A DNA stretch of 64,000 nt from NCBI GenBank assembly GCA_964016885.1, contig OZ024742.1:247876001-247940000 (forward strand), written 5' to 3'. This document shows, piece after piece, positions 52,673 to 64,000 of the stretch. A model generated the notes under the pieces. That model saw nothing but the letters and a program-made list of their open reading frames with translations, searched no databases and was not told where the DNA came from. Position numbers and translations under genes: made by a program. Every line of letters starts with the position of its first letter. The stretch's first letter is position 1. The DNA is from Eledone cirrhosa (lineage: Eukaryota).

Positions 52673-55600
52673 TTCATTTATCTTGCTTTATGTTCATACG
52701 AGTTATCACCAAGTCACAACCAGTGACCTCAAGAGACAACAAGGTCCGCCATGTTCAAGAAAGAACATACATATTCACACATGCATCCTTAGTGTTTAGA
52801 CTTGTGATGTACTTATATTGACAGGATCTTCCTTAGTATATGGGCAGTTCCCATTAGTACTATCTTTTGTATTTCTCCTATACGCGGGTTTCCTGGGATT
52901 TGCGATAAGTAGTCGTTAGATCCCTTAGGTATCATTCCCAGAGCGTCTACAACCACTGGTATTGTTTTAGTGCTCAATTTCCACATTTTTCCAATTTCTA
53001 TCTCCAGGTCCTTATACTTGCTCAATTTTTCAAATGTTTTTATAGATACATTCTTGTCTATTGGAACAGACATATCAATTAGCAGGCATACCCTCCTTTG
53101 AAAGTCCTTCAATATTATATCAGGTCTATTTGCATCTATTTTTCGGTCTGTTTGGATGCTAAAGTTCCACAAAATTGAGATGTGATCTTTTTCAAGTATG
53201 GGAGGTGGTTGATGCTCCCACCAATTCTTTTGATGGGACAGGTCAAAATGCTTACACATTATCCAATGTATGTATTGTGCAGCTCTGTCATGCCTGTTTA
53301 GGTATTCGGTTGGAGCTATAGGACTGCACATTGAAATTATATGGTCAATGGTCTCTGGTTGGTTTTTGCATACACGGCATAATGGGCTGCACCCATTTTT
53401 TATTATGTTGGCTTGGTAATTTTTTGTTGGCAGACACTGATCTTGTGCCGATATAATCAGTCCTTCAGTCTCCGATTTCAGTCCAGAGGATGCCAACCAC
53501 TGATGGGTTAAAGTTTTGTCAACATCAGGATTGTTAGCTCGCTCTGGGTATTTTCCATACAGAGGCTTTTCTTGCCATTTCTTAGCCAGTTTCTGTAGCA
53601 GTTCTTTCTTTGCAGTTACTTTTACCTGCTTTGCTTTTTCTGTGTTTTCCATTTCAGCAGTAAATGGGACTTCTGAAATTTGTAGTCCATTACTGTATCT
53701 TTGTGCATCTTTTGTAATGGAATATGATCTTTTGGTGCTTTCGTGTTTCAAAACGAGTTTGATCATCCAATCATGTGATTCCCTTAGATATGTGGATAAT
53801 CCAATTGTTGCAGTTTTCAACGCAATGTCTAACTGGATTAACCCACATCCTCCTTCTTTCCTAGGGAGATATATTCTATCTATGTCTGCCTTAGGGTGAT
53901 GCAATCTGTGCATGGTTAAGAATTTTCGGATTTTTGTATCGAGCCTACGGATCTCTGTGCTTGACCAGTTGATGACATTGTAACTGTAGGTTACTACTGG
54001 TATGGCAAGCGTGTTTATGGCATCGATCCTATTCCTTGCATTCAATTCCGTTCTTAAGATTGCTCTGACTCTGCGGTAACATTCCTTCCTTATCCTTTCC
54101 CTCATTGTCGAGTGCTTGATTCCGTCTCCTTCACAAACACCTAGATATTTGTAAGTTTTTTCTTGATCAAGCTCTCTTATCACGTTCCCCCGATCAAGAT
54201 TAATGTCTGAACTCTTCAGCAGCTTTCCTCTGGTGAACGTTGCTTTGGCGCATTTATCCAGTCCAAACTCCATTTTAATGTCATCACTGAACTGCTTCAC
54301 AGTGGATAATAGCCCTTGCAATTTTTCATCATTTTTTGCAAATAGTTTCAGGTCATCCATGTAGAACAGGTGATTAATGGTTTTGTCATAGACTCTATAT
54401 CCATGTTTTGTTTCATTGAGCATTTTACTTAATGGTATAAGTGCGATGCAGATTAAAAGCGGTGATAAAGAGTCACCCTGAAAAATTCCACAATTGATGT
54501 TAACTTCTCCAGCTTCCAGTGATTTTGTTTCACTATTCAAAAGGAGTGTCGTTCTCCATGTCCTCATACTGAATGACAAAAACCTCCTGACAACGGGGGA
54601 TATTTTGAAAATCTCTAAACATTTTTCAATCCAACTGTGTGGCAAACTATCGAATGCTTTTTTATAATCTATCCAAGCAATCGATAGATTTTTGTGTCTA
54701 TTATGACAATCTTCCAGTATCATTTTGTTAACCAGAAGCTGATCCTTACAGCCATATGAGCCTCGTTTACACCCTTTCTGCTCAATGGGAAATAGGTTAT
54801 TTGTTATCAGGTGGTCATATGTGTATTCAGTTAGGACTGATGTTAAAATTTTATACATTGTGGTCAAGCAGGTTATCGGTCTGTAATTTTGGGGATTGTT
54901 TGTCTCATCATTCTTCGGTAGCAGGAATGTAATGCCGTTAACTAGCCATGATGGTATCTTTTCTGGCTCCTTAACTATTTCATTGTAAAGTTGGGCTAAC
55001 AGCTCATGAGACTCTGTGAAGGCATTTATCCAAAAGTTTTGTATTTTGTCTTTTCTTGGGGATTTCCATTTGCTGGTTTTTCTTAGAGCCAAGCGCAGCT
55101 GTTCAACTGTTATATTTTCCCATGTTTGTTCTTCAAGGTGAACTGTTTCTTTCATTTGTCTGTCTATCCATGGGGCATGTATGTTATGAACTTTTTCTTC
55201 GGCCCAGATCTTTTCCCAGAATACTTGCACTTCCTCCTTGGGTGGTATTGATTTAGCAGTTATTGTTGACTTACCAATTTTTCTGTAGAAGTTTCTTTGG
55301 TTGTTTTTGAACATATTATTGTCCTTATAGAATCTAGATCGTTTTTCAAAGCGCCTTATACGAGCAGCTTTGGCCGACACTTTTTGCTTGATTGTTTCTA
55401 TCAGCATGTCTATGTCACATGTTGATCTTATACTGTACTTTTTTTTCAATTTTCTAAGTTTAGTTTGTTTAACATGTTCACCTACTTTATAGTTTGTTAA
55501 AATTTCTATGTCAGATCGGAGAAGGTTTATTTGGCGATTGATGTTCTCTTGCCAAGTAGATTTCTTGTGGGAATTCCTTTGTTTTTTCATCTTCACTCCA

Positions 55601-56115
55601 CATAAGTGAGTGGTGACTTTAGCCGATGCATAATAGAGATGATTTAAGTCAGTAATGTTTAGTTTGTTTGTGATGATAATGTTTTTGAGAATTATGTTAG
55701 TCTTGTGTATTATCTTTTGGTTCTGTTTGGAGTTCTGGATCTTAGGGAGGGTGCCTCGTTGCCCCATGTCAGATTCTTTCATTTTCATCCATTCGATCAT
55801 AATTTCATCCTTCAAGTTGGCAAGTTCATTCTCATTCATTTCTTTATCATTTACGATCTCATTATTTTCATTTGGAGTTTCATCCTGAGCATGCACTCCC
55901 TCCACTTTTTCGCTCCTTTCTTTAATTTGTTCTGTTGCCAGCGATTCCGCCCCAACCCTGGGATTCGAAGTGTTACAGTTTACCTCGTTTTCACTGACAC
56001 ATGCTTCATTTTGCCTTCGCTGACTTTGTGCTACTAGCTTGATCTGATCAATTTCTATATCAGTTAGTAACTTTTTTCTTACAATATTTCTTCGTATATT
56101 GGCTAGTTTGTTACT

Positions 56116-56118
<3 letters not shown>
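52673..56118 (-). mobile_element. R4/Dong-like RLE element family B, slightly 5'-truncated
   Basis: (AAT)n on both sides in element sense. The frame stays open from 56118 (YSNKLANIRRNIVRKKLLTDIEI) to 52813. Confidence 0.92.
52813..55905 (-). CDS. R4/Dong-type RT-CCHC-RLE polyprotein (native start missing)
   Basis: [56 protein letters not shown]…LIDMSVP…KLSKYKDL. The track start is a GTG inside a longer open frame. Confidence 0.9.
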   Translation of the reverse strand: MEGVHAQDETPNENNEIVNDKEMNENELANLKDEIMIEWMKMKESDMGQRGTLPKIQNSKQNQKIIHKTNIILKNIIITNKLNITDLNHLYYASAKVTTHLCGVKMKKQRNSHKKSTWQENINRQINLLRSDIEILTNYKVGEHVKQTKLRKLKKKYSIRSTCDIDMLIETIKQKVSAKAARIRRFEKRSRFYKDNNMFKNNQRNFYRKIGKSTITAKSIPPKEEVQVFWEKIWAEEKVHNIHAPWIDRQMKETVHLEEQTWENITVEQLRLALRKTSKWKSPRKDKIQNFWINAFTESHELLAQLYNEIVKEPEKIPSWLVNGITFLLPKNDETNNPQNYRPITCLTTMYKILTSVLTEYTYDHLITNNLFPIEQKGCKRGSYGCKDQLLVNKMILEDCHNRHKNLSIAWIDYKKAFDSLPHSWIEKCLEIFKISPVVRRFLSFSMRTWRTTLLLNSETKSLEAGEVNINCGIFQGDSLSPLLICIALIPLSKMLNETKHGYRVYDKTINHLFYMDDLKLFAKNDEKLQGLLSTVKQFSDDIKMEFGLDKCAKATFTRGKLLKSSDINLDRGNVIRELDQEKTYKYLGVCEGDGIKHSTMRERIRKECYRRVRAILRTELNARNRIDAINTLAIPVVTYSYNVINWSSTEIRRLDTKIRKFLTMHRLHHPKADIDRIYLPRKEGGCGLIQLDIALKTATIGLSTYLRESHDWMIKLVLKHESTKRSYSITKDAQRYSNGLQISEVPFTAEMENTEKAKQVKVTAKKELLQKLAKKWQEKPLYGKYPERANNPDVDKTLTHQWLASSGLKSETEGLIISAQDQCLPTKNYQANIIKNGCSPLCRVCKNQPETIDHIISMCSPIAPTEYLNRHDRAAQYIHWIMCKHFDLSHQKNWWEHQPPPILEKDHISILWNFSIQTDRKIDANRPDIILKDFQRRVCLLIDMSVPIDKNVSIKTFEKLSKYKDLEIEIGKMWKLSTKTIPVVVDALGMIPKGSNDYLSQIPGNPRIGEIQKIVLMGTAHILRKILSI

Positions 56119-56176
<58 letters not shown>

Positions 56177-56178
<2 letters not shown>

Positions 56179-56678
56179 CTTGAATCTCAGTCATTGATGT
56201 TAGTTAACTGGAAAGTCCGTTGGAATGAATATCAAGCCACTACCTGCAGCCTCAGATATTCAGGACGTATCGGAGGGTTCTTGCTGTTCCCAGCAAGCAT
56301 GCCTTTTGAAGCGTTCCGAAAAGCGTGAAGGGGCCGATTTTCTTTAACCATCCCTGGAAACTTTTAGAGATAGTCCCCAGTGCGCCTATGACAATCGGGA
56401 TCACTTTGACTTCATGGCAGTTCCAAATCCTTTTTACCTCCCACTTTAAGTCCTGGTATCGGTTAATTTTCTCCCTCTCCTTCTCTTGCACTCTCGTGTC
56501 GAATGGGCAGGCCACATCCACAATCAGACACGATCTTTTTTCTTTGTCCACAACCACCAGGTCAGGTCTATTGTGTTCCAGTTTCTTGTCCGTCTGTATC
56601 CTAAAATCCCACAGCACCTTCACCTGATCGTTCTCCATCACCGCCTCTGGCTTATGCTCATACCATTTCTCAGAATGT
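56177..56678 (-). mobile_element. 5'-truncated Dong family A 3' end
   Basis: HSEKWYEHKPEAVMEN…RYVLNI plus the same 3' UTR and (AAT)n tail. Confidence 0.92.
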
Positions 56679-56679
56679 G

Positions 56680-56910
<231 letters not shown>

Positions 56911-56911
56911 A

Positions 56912-57003
<92 letters not shown>

Positions 57004-57398
57004 CCACTTTTACCGTAGAAAATGAAATAAAAACAAAAGAATTCAAAATATACTTACAAATACCGCTGAGGTTAGCTTTTCATTTCATCCTTAATGTGTT
57101 GACAAAATAAAATAATACAAGTAACGCACAGGAGTCAACTTAACCGACTTTCCCCTCCACTTCAAATTGCTGGCCTTGTTCCAAAAGTAGCAATTTTTTC
57201 GACCTGCTTAAGGTTCAGGAATGGTAGAAGCCTGAGTGCACCAAACAAAATACTATGTGTTATTTAGTCATGGTTCGTTATGTTCGGGGGTTTTATTGTG
57301 GCGCGAAGAACAATACTGCCTTCCATACGATCTTGTTTGATAAAATATAGTTTTGTTGGGCACATTCCTAAATTAGAAACCATTATTATGGCTTGCAA

Positions 57399-57590
57399 GG
57401 CGGTGGATTGGCAGTATTGGTGGAGGGTCGGACGCCATGCTTTGACGTATAGAGTAACGGCCCTTGCCATTCTGAGTTCCAATCCCGCCGATATTAACTT
57501 TGCATTTCATCCTTACGGGGTCGATAAAATAAAGTACCAGTAATGCACTGGTTAATTGCTGGCTTTGTGCCTAACGTAGAAACAATTATT
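57399..57590 (+). mobile_element. Meta-domain SINE with TSD
   Basis: Full consensus. Direct repeat ATTATTATGGCTT on both sides. A partial variant SINE lies at 57060-57195. Confidence 0.88.
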
Positions 57591-58378
57591 ATGGCTTAGA
57601 ACCACTTCACATCTACATCAATCGCATTCTATTGTCTTGAAAAGGAAATTAATAGATCTTAATTGTCTGCAAACCTCGTGGAATGGCCATAGTTGGAGTT
57701 AAATTTCAAGAGGAGCAGCTATATCCCCCTTCTCGTAATATAAAGCAAATAATATAAGCAATGAGTTGGTGACGACTTGGATCTAAAATACAACAAAAAC
57801 ATAAGCAACAACAGCTTAAGACCTCCTCCCACCCCAAAAAAATTATGTTCTGCCACCTCTTAAGTAATACAATAATGAATACGTGATGGCTACGACCTAA
57901 AGACGAAGAACAACAAATAAAACATACCTATCTACAGAAAAAAACAAATATACAACCAACAACAAAGACTATATATAATCGTTTATAAGGTAAATCACAC
58001 CAAGAAAAATAAAATAAAATCGTTGTTGTTGAAAGTTCAATGCAGATTTAGGATCGGTTCTACTAAGGGATGGGGGATATGTATATATAATGGAAGCAAA
58101 TATAATACAATATAATAACGTATATCTTTCCAGAATATTTGGAGGAAAAAAACGCGAAGCTCTCACATGTGTGGACTGGTCGATAAAGAATTCTAGCGCC
58201 ATTTTTGCTTAATGTATAATATTCTAGTTGAGAATTTTATCCTCCAGTTAGTTCGGATGAAAAGTAGTTTATAAGATGTTGAATATTGTTGTTGATGATA
58301 TTGTACGTGTTATGTTTGTTCTTGTAGTTTGTCTTACTGGAATTTTCGGTAAAATCTGGTAAATCAAAATCTTCTAGA

Positions 58379-58399
58379 AAAACATAATAACAATAATAT

Positions 58400-58430
<31 letters not shown>

Positions 58431-58480
58431 AAGAAGAAGAAGAAGAAGAAGAAGAAGAAGAAGAAGAAGAAGAAGAAAAT
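58379..58480. repeat. (AAG)n microsatellite
   Basis: Direct observation (58401-58476). Confidence 0.9.
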
Positions 58481-59285
58481 CAAGAAAAAGATTAAAAGAC
58501 CGTAGAAAAAATAAACCAAGAAACGAAAACGTCGCTTAGATGAACAAAAACATTAATAATATTAATCGCAATAACAAAACAAAAACAATAATAATGATAG
58601 TATTAATAATAATGTTTTCTTTATTGACCAGAAATAATAATTATTATTATTATTTAGTAATAAAAAAAAATATCAACAACAGCAATAACGGGAAAAGATA
58701 GAAACTCCGGGAAAAAGAATTAGAGGGAAAGGAACGAGAAAAAAATATAGGGTCAGGTAGTTTTTCTAATTAAAATATTAATTTTCTGTAAAATATTATT
58801 TTTTTGATCATCTGTTTGGTGATGGTGATGAATCGTGGGATATTAAGATAGAAAAAAAACCGTTAATAGCTCAATATGCATTTCAGAGATATTACATTGG
58901 AAGTTATCGCGAATATCAACCAACACATTTTAATATTCACAATATCGTCATTGGTCCGTTATGAAGCGCACAAGAGGTACACACATATATATATATATAT
59001 ATACACGTTACACATAGATGCACTAAAAAATCACACACACATATACACACACTTGCGTGAACACACATATGCAATTCATTGTTTATGTGTTTTCTTTTGA
59101 ATCATAATCTTGCTATATATACACTCTGACACATATTTAACTATACGTTGAAACAGATATATATGGAGAACCATAGTGACACACTCACCCACTGATACGC
59201 ACATACACACACATATACAACATATCATATACTCATTGATCTGTTCTGCAATCGACACATACATATATATATATATACAGACACA

Positions 59286-59330
<45 letters not shown>

Positions 59331-59430
59331 TCACAATCTAACATGAAGTAAATTATGCACGGAGGTTTGCGCATATGCCTGTGTTGTTGCATTTACTAAT
59401 ACACATAATATACGAGTTGAAGGAAATATA

Positions 59431-59620
59431 ATTGTCTCTACATTTGGCACAAGGCCGCAATTATCCCAGTACATTACTGGTACTTTATTTTATCGACCCC
59501 GTAAGGATGAAAGTTAAAGTTAACCACAGCAGGATTTGAACTCAGAACGTAAAGGGGTGTAACTCTATGCTGAAAAGAATGGTGTCTGACACTCTACCAA
59601 CACTGCCAATCCACCACCCT
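59431..59620 (-). mobile_element. Meta-domain SINE with 15-bp TSD
   Basis: AAGGAAATATAATTG at 59420-59434 and 59623-59637. Confidence 0.88.
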
Positions 59621-59904
59621 TTAAGGAAATATAATTGGGTTGAATGGTTGAAGGAAATATGATACGTGTTAATTTTACATTCTTATGATCATTATAGGTA
59701 TGATCAGTACTTATTGAACTTAAATAGTCAAATGTACAAACAGACAGTAACAATATTTTATGTCAATTTCGAAAATATATGCTGTTTGTTAATGTCACTT
59801 CTTTCCGTTAAAGAGTCTTTTATAACCAGTTATTTAGACTATCTATACCTGTATATATATATATATGTGTGCGTATGTGTGTGTGTATGTGTCTGTGTGT
59901 GTGC

Positions 59905-59943
<39 letters not shown>

Positions 59944-59991
59944 TGTTGTTGCTGTCTGTGCACGCGTGTGTGTGAGACTTGCATTTAATCG

Positions 59992-60174
59992 AGGGTAACC
60001 ACAGTTAGTAAGATACTGAATAAATTAGCAGAGTGCAAACATAATGTTTAATATAGAAATGGCTTTTACAGAACTAGAAATGTTTCATTCAAAGAAATCT
60101 CCAGGAAAGCCTTTGTGATTAATTTCGAATGAAACAAGTCTAGTCCTGTAGAAGCTATTTCTATGTTAAACATG
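59992..60174. mobile_element. Asymmetric fold-back element family E
   Basis: Arms 60044-60090 / 60127-60172 are inverted. ~50-bp tail on the left. Degenerate hammerhead core. Confidence 0.65.
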
Positions 60175-60401
60175 ATATATATATATATATTCACAATCTA
60201 ACATGAAGTAAATTATGCATCGAGGTTTGCGCATATGCCTGTGTTGTTGCATTTGCGAATACACATGATATACGAGTTGAAGGAAATATAATTGTCTCTA
60301 AATTTTGCACAAGGCCAGCAATTGTCCCAGTCTATTATTGGTGCTTTATTTTATCGACCCCGTAAGGATGAAAGGTAAAGTTAATATATATATATATATG
60401 A

Positions 60402-60648
60402 CAAGTAACTATGTTTTGAAACAGTGAGCAGGGTTGAAATTAGAAAATAGAATACCTTTCACCGTATTTATCTACTAAAGAAATTTTAGTCTGATAATGT
60501 GGTTTTGAATCCTCAGATGATGTGTTGGTGTAAATGATAGCACAGTGGTCTGGATAATCAAAGATGTGGGTTCGACTCCCATGTACTTCAATACTCATCT
60601 TTTTCCATTTATCAAAAAATACGGTGAAAGCTATTTTATTTTCTAATA
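60402..60648. mobile_element. Fold-back element family H containing a tRNA-like cloverleaf (60519-60590)
   Basis: Arms TTAGAAAATAGAATACCTTTCACCGTATTT / AAATACGGTGAAAGCTATTTTATTTTCTAA. Internal D arm GTGT…GCAC and T arm TGGG-TTCGACT-CCCA. Relatives at 28520-28715 (-) and 26173-26280. Confidence 0.6.
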
Positions 60649-60672
60649 TATATATATATACATATATATATA

Positions 60673-60862
60673 TAATTGTTTCTACTTTAGGCACAAGGCC
60701 AACAATAACACAGTACATTACTGGTACTTTATTTTATCGACCCCGTAAGGATGAAAGGCAAAGTTAACCTCGGCGGGATTTGAACTCAGAATGGCAAGGA
60801 CCGTAACTCTATGCGTCAAAGCATGGCGTCCGACCCTCTACCGATACTGCCAATCCACCACC
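60673..60862 (-). mobile_element. Meta-domain SINE
   Basis: Full consensus copy. Confidence 0.88.
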
Positions 60863-61004
60863 CTTTATATATATATATAATGGAGACACATCAGGAGATG
60901 AGTTTCTTTGAGCGAAATTAACTTAATCAATTTAAGTGTTTCAACTTAGAAGCCAAAATTATGTACACACACAGAGACATCTAGAAACGCACACACGCAA
61001 ATAC

Positions 61005-61036
<32 letters not shown>

Positions 61037-61037
61037 A

Positions 61038-61571
61038 TGATGGCTGCACCCTCTTTATCGAGTATGGCCATTGCACGATATACTATTATTAATAATTATC
61101 GATTAATTCTATCGTGCACTGCCTGTGCATGAAGATATTTTTTAAAGTGAGGAAAGACTGTGCACTGAGCCAATCCCATTCTCTGAGCGACAGTAGCGAT
61201 AACCCGAAAAGAAGAAAAGATCAACATCATCGGTAACTACTGAGCTGCAGCTTTTATGTCGGAGTTATCCCAGTTTCCTGAGTTGCCTTCTCCTAGAAGA
61301 ATGCCCTGACAAAGGCTAGGGGGTCCTTCACTCTCAGTGGTTTAACTACGCGGTTCATGTGTATATACATATTTACACACTTTTGGATGGCCGTTGACTC
61401 CTATGAGTTCTTCGGCCCTTTGTCAGGTTTATTTTTTGTCCTGCAGGGCGTCCAAAATCACCCTCCTCACCAAGTAATCTTGGTGGGGTTGCCGATTTAG
61501 TCGCCGATGACCCGACCATGCGACAGGTTGTACTAGGTTACATGTTAACAGTAAGACTCAAGAGTGACACG
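61038..61571 (-). mobile_element. Probable RTE-derived short non-autonomous element
   Basis: GC-richer unit between (TA)n tracts. GTTGCCTTCTCCTAG…AAGGCTAG resembles the antisense of RTE 5' regions (recalled similarity, not searched). Confidence 0.35.
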
Positions 61572-61591
61572 ATATATATATATATATATAT

Positions 61592-61965
61592 AAGGAAAAT
61601 AGATGAAATCGAAAATGCAACTGGAGTCTTTTTTAAATTATTTATTTGGTTCCTTTACCGGTTTCGCAGTTCTTGTGCGTTTCAAAGGTAGAATTGAGAT
61701 GGAAGGTTTGTGGTTTTTCTCGCATCAGATGCGAGAAAAACCACAAAACCTCCATCTCAATTTTACTTTTGAAAAGCAGATGCGAATAAAACTACTTACC
61801 CTCCAGCTCAATTCTAATTTTGAAAACGCAAGAACTGCGAAACCTGTAAAGTAACCAAATAAATATTCTTAAATAGTCTTCAGTTGCCTTTTCGATTTCA
61901 TCCTTTTTCCTGATAATTTCACTCGTGTAGGACATCTGGGTTTTTTCATTTTCTAAAAGAAACTC

Positions 61966-61975
<10 letters not shown>
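61592..61975. mobile_element. Asymmetric fold-back element family B, second copy (tail on right)
   Basis: Homologous to 28888..29240. Centre at 61727. ~45-bp internal duplication in the right arm. Flanked by (TA)n. Confidence 0.8.
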
Positions 61976-62017
<42 letters not shown>

Positions 62018-62127
62018 TAAAATAATATATATATAGGAGTCGATCGACTTTCGTCAAATCGGACCGAGGGAACAATGTTTCCGTTGGTCTTTCCAATTGC
62101 TAATACTATCTATCGGTCGCAACTCCA

Positions 62128-62254
62128 GGTAGAAGGAGCAACGTGAAATAAAGTGTCTTGCCCAAGGACATAACGCATCGCCTGGTCCAGGAATCGAACT
62201 CACAACCTTATGATTGCGAATCCAATTCTCTAACCACTCAGCCACACACCTTCA
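62128..62254 (-). mobile_element. 5' part of the second tRNA-SINE family
   Basis: GTGAAGGTGTGTGGCTGAGTGGTTAG…GAGTTCGATTCC…TCCTTGGGCAAGACACTTTATTTCACGTTGCTCC. Confidence 0.75.
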
Positions 62255-62324
<70 letters not shown>

Positions 62325-62325
<1 letters not shown>

Positions 62326-62752
62326 GGGTGTGTATGTATGATTGTGTATAGAAGATTATATTAATAAAAGGAATTCCCACTTTGTCTGATTTTCTCGTTT
62401 TATATACAATCCTTTAAAATTTATAATGGCATTATAATGATAGAATATTAAATATTAATTGTTAATTGAACAGGTACTTTCATGCTTTCGCAATCTTCAG
62501 GTTCATAATGTGTGGTGACAGTCAAGTTTGCAATTTTCAACTGACAATTGTGAAGACACAGTTGAAAATTGCAAACTTGACTGTCACCACACATTATGAA
62601 CCTGAAGATTGCGAAAGCATGAAAGTACCTGTTCAATTAACACTTAACATTTAATATTCTACCATACTATTTCATTATAATGCCATTATAAATTTTAAAG
62701 GATTGTAAATAAAACGAGAAAATCAGACAAAGTTGGAATTCCTTTTATTAAT
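62325..62752. mobile_element. Large asymmetric fold-back element family F with a hammerhead-like motif in each arm
   Basis: ~190-bp arms (62357-62544 / 62559-62752) and a ~32-bp tail on the left. TGAAC-CTGAAGA-TTGC GAAA GCAT-GAAA-GTAC-CT-GTTCA at 62597-62635. Confidence 0.82.
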
Positions 62753-62923
62753 ATATATATATATATATTGTTATACTTTGGGAGGGTCATGTTGCCAATA
62801 AGAAACACACGCACCAGATGCTATCACTTCAATTTATTATATATTTATAAGTTTACAAATCTACAAATTTATAAATTTCTGGTTGGTTGGTTGGTTCCAC
62901 AACCAGATAGTTGTTTATATATA

Positions 62924-62966
62924 GTCATAGTCCTTTCGTCACACACTCTGTGACCTCTTCCGTGAC
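62924..62966 (-). ncRNA. Hammerhead-like motif in Penelope 3' region (core variant CGGAAGA)
   Basis: GTCA-CGGAAGA-GGTCAC AGAGTGT GTGAC-GAAA-GGAC-TA-TGAC. Confidence 0.55.
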
Positions 62967-63183
62967 TGGGGATTCCTTTCTTTGTTTCTGTGCCTTTCCT
63001 TTCTTCTGTCCTACGCAATTTTGTTTCTGTGTGTGTGTTGTGTGCTCAGTTTGCGCATGCGCCACATCCGTGTGTCTGTGTGTGTTTGTGTTCATTTATC
63101 TATTTGTTTATTTATTTATTTATTTATTTACATGTTATTGGTTGGTTGTTTGTTCTATGTGTGTGTGTGTTTTCATTTTGTCC

Positions 63184-63999
63184 TTAATTGTAAGTTGTGA
63201 TGTTGCTGTTCCACTCATATTTTCTATTTAATTTTGGTTGTAATTCTTTTATGTTTATTGCCTCTGTAATTTGTCTAAACATTGCATCTTTTCTGTGTGT
63301 AGATTCTATTTTTATTTCTATGTTCTCTAATTTACCCTTGTGTTCTATCTTGGCATGTTGGTAGAGTACAGATGATTCTTTATTATCTTGAAGGTCTCGC
63401 CAGTGTTCATTTATACGTTCCCCTATACTACGAGCTGTCTCACCTATGTACACTATATTTTTGTTTCTACATTGTCCTTCAGTACATCTTATGCTATACA
63501 CTACATTTCTAGTTTTACAGTTAATATGGGGGCTTATTTTACAGGTTATACATTTCTTATCTATACATGAGGGTCTTTGAAACGGGTATGTCTTGCTAAT
63601 AAGTGTTTTTACGGAGGTACCTGGTCTTTCTACTATCTTAATATTGAGTTTATGTTTATTTAGGGCCCTTCTAAATTTGTAGGCTAGTTCGCCTCTAGGG
63701 GTTGTATCGATGAACATTACACTCTGGTATTTATTGCTATCATACCATGAGTTTATTCTATTAGCCTTGTTCCTAGTTCTTTCTATTCTATTCCAAAATT
63801 TGCTCCTATACAGGGGGCAGGTCCCATTTATGTCATTATTTACCATTTTTCCCCATTTGGTTCTGGCTCCTGTATACACTCTGATTCTATCTCTCTGATT
63901 GTAGCCAGAGAACTGCATACGGTGGATGAAGTGTTGTATGTGTCTCTCTAGTTCTTCGGGGTTGTACATGCGGGACACATTTCTCATCACCCGTACCAA
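63184..63999 (-). CDS. Penelope-like RT thumb/linker plus GIY-YIG endonuclease (C-terminal part)
   Basis: SGY linker, Cys motif CIDKKCITC, NVVYSIRC…YIGETARSIGERINEH, SVLYQH…H, RQITEAINIKELQPKLN. Confidence 0.92.
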   Translation of the reverse strand: MVRVMRNVSRMYNPEELERHIQHFIHRMQFSGYNQRDRIRVYTGARTKWGKMVNNDINGTCPLYRSKFWNRIERTRNKANRINSWYDSNKYQSVMFIDTTPRGELAYKFRRALNKHKLNIKIVERPGTSVKTLISKTYPFQRPSCIDKKCITCKISPHINCKTRNVVYSIRCTEGQCRNKNIVYIGETARSIGERINEHWRDLQDNKESSVLYQHAKIEHKGKLENIEIKIESTHRKDAMFRQITEAINIKELQPKLNRKYEWNSNITTYN

Positions 64000-64000
64000 A

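Larger units (their letters stand above)
62769..64000 (-). mobile_element. Penelope-like element (Neptune-like), 3' part, ending in (TA)n
   Basis: GIY-YIG ORF followed by ~415 bp of 3' region with a hammerhead-like motif. Continues beyond the window. Confidence 0.88.

Noticed and set aside
60519-60590. Functional tRNA gene
   Set aside because: The acceptor stem is poorly paired and the sequence is embedded in a repeat with diverged relatives. Treated as tRNA-derived.

Overview
Repeat-saturated eukaryotic (metazoan) DNA. I infer a cephalopod or other mollusc from the SINE types and the very dense (TA)n/(CA)n/(GA)n/(AAT)n microsatellites. I could not support any host gene, and most short ORFs in the track are translated microsatellites. 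Contents: (1) several R4/Dong-type RLE non-LTR retrotransposons, one with an intact 1130-aa ORF and one 5'-truncated with a ~1100-codon open frame, stacked in (AAT)n tracts; (2) an apparently intact Tx1-clade LINE (ORF1 zinc knuckle; ORF2 APE-RT-Zn) inserted in (ATT)n, plus decayed fragments; (3) many tRNA-headed Meta-domain SINEs whose 3' tail and target polarity match the Tx1 element; (4) two non-autonomous Helitrons; (5) Penelope-like (GIY-YIG) element ends; (6) at least eight families of short asymmetric fold-back elements embedded in or next to (TA)n, carrying complete or half minimal hammerhead-ribozyme motifs, one family also containing a tRNA-like cloverleaf. The notable points are the partitioning of microsatellite targets (AAT strand: Dong; ATT strand: Tx1 and its SINE; TA: Penelope-type hammerhead hairpins) and the hairpin system itself. 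All alignments were made by eye, so boundaries are approximate.
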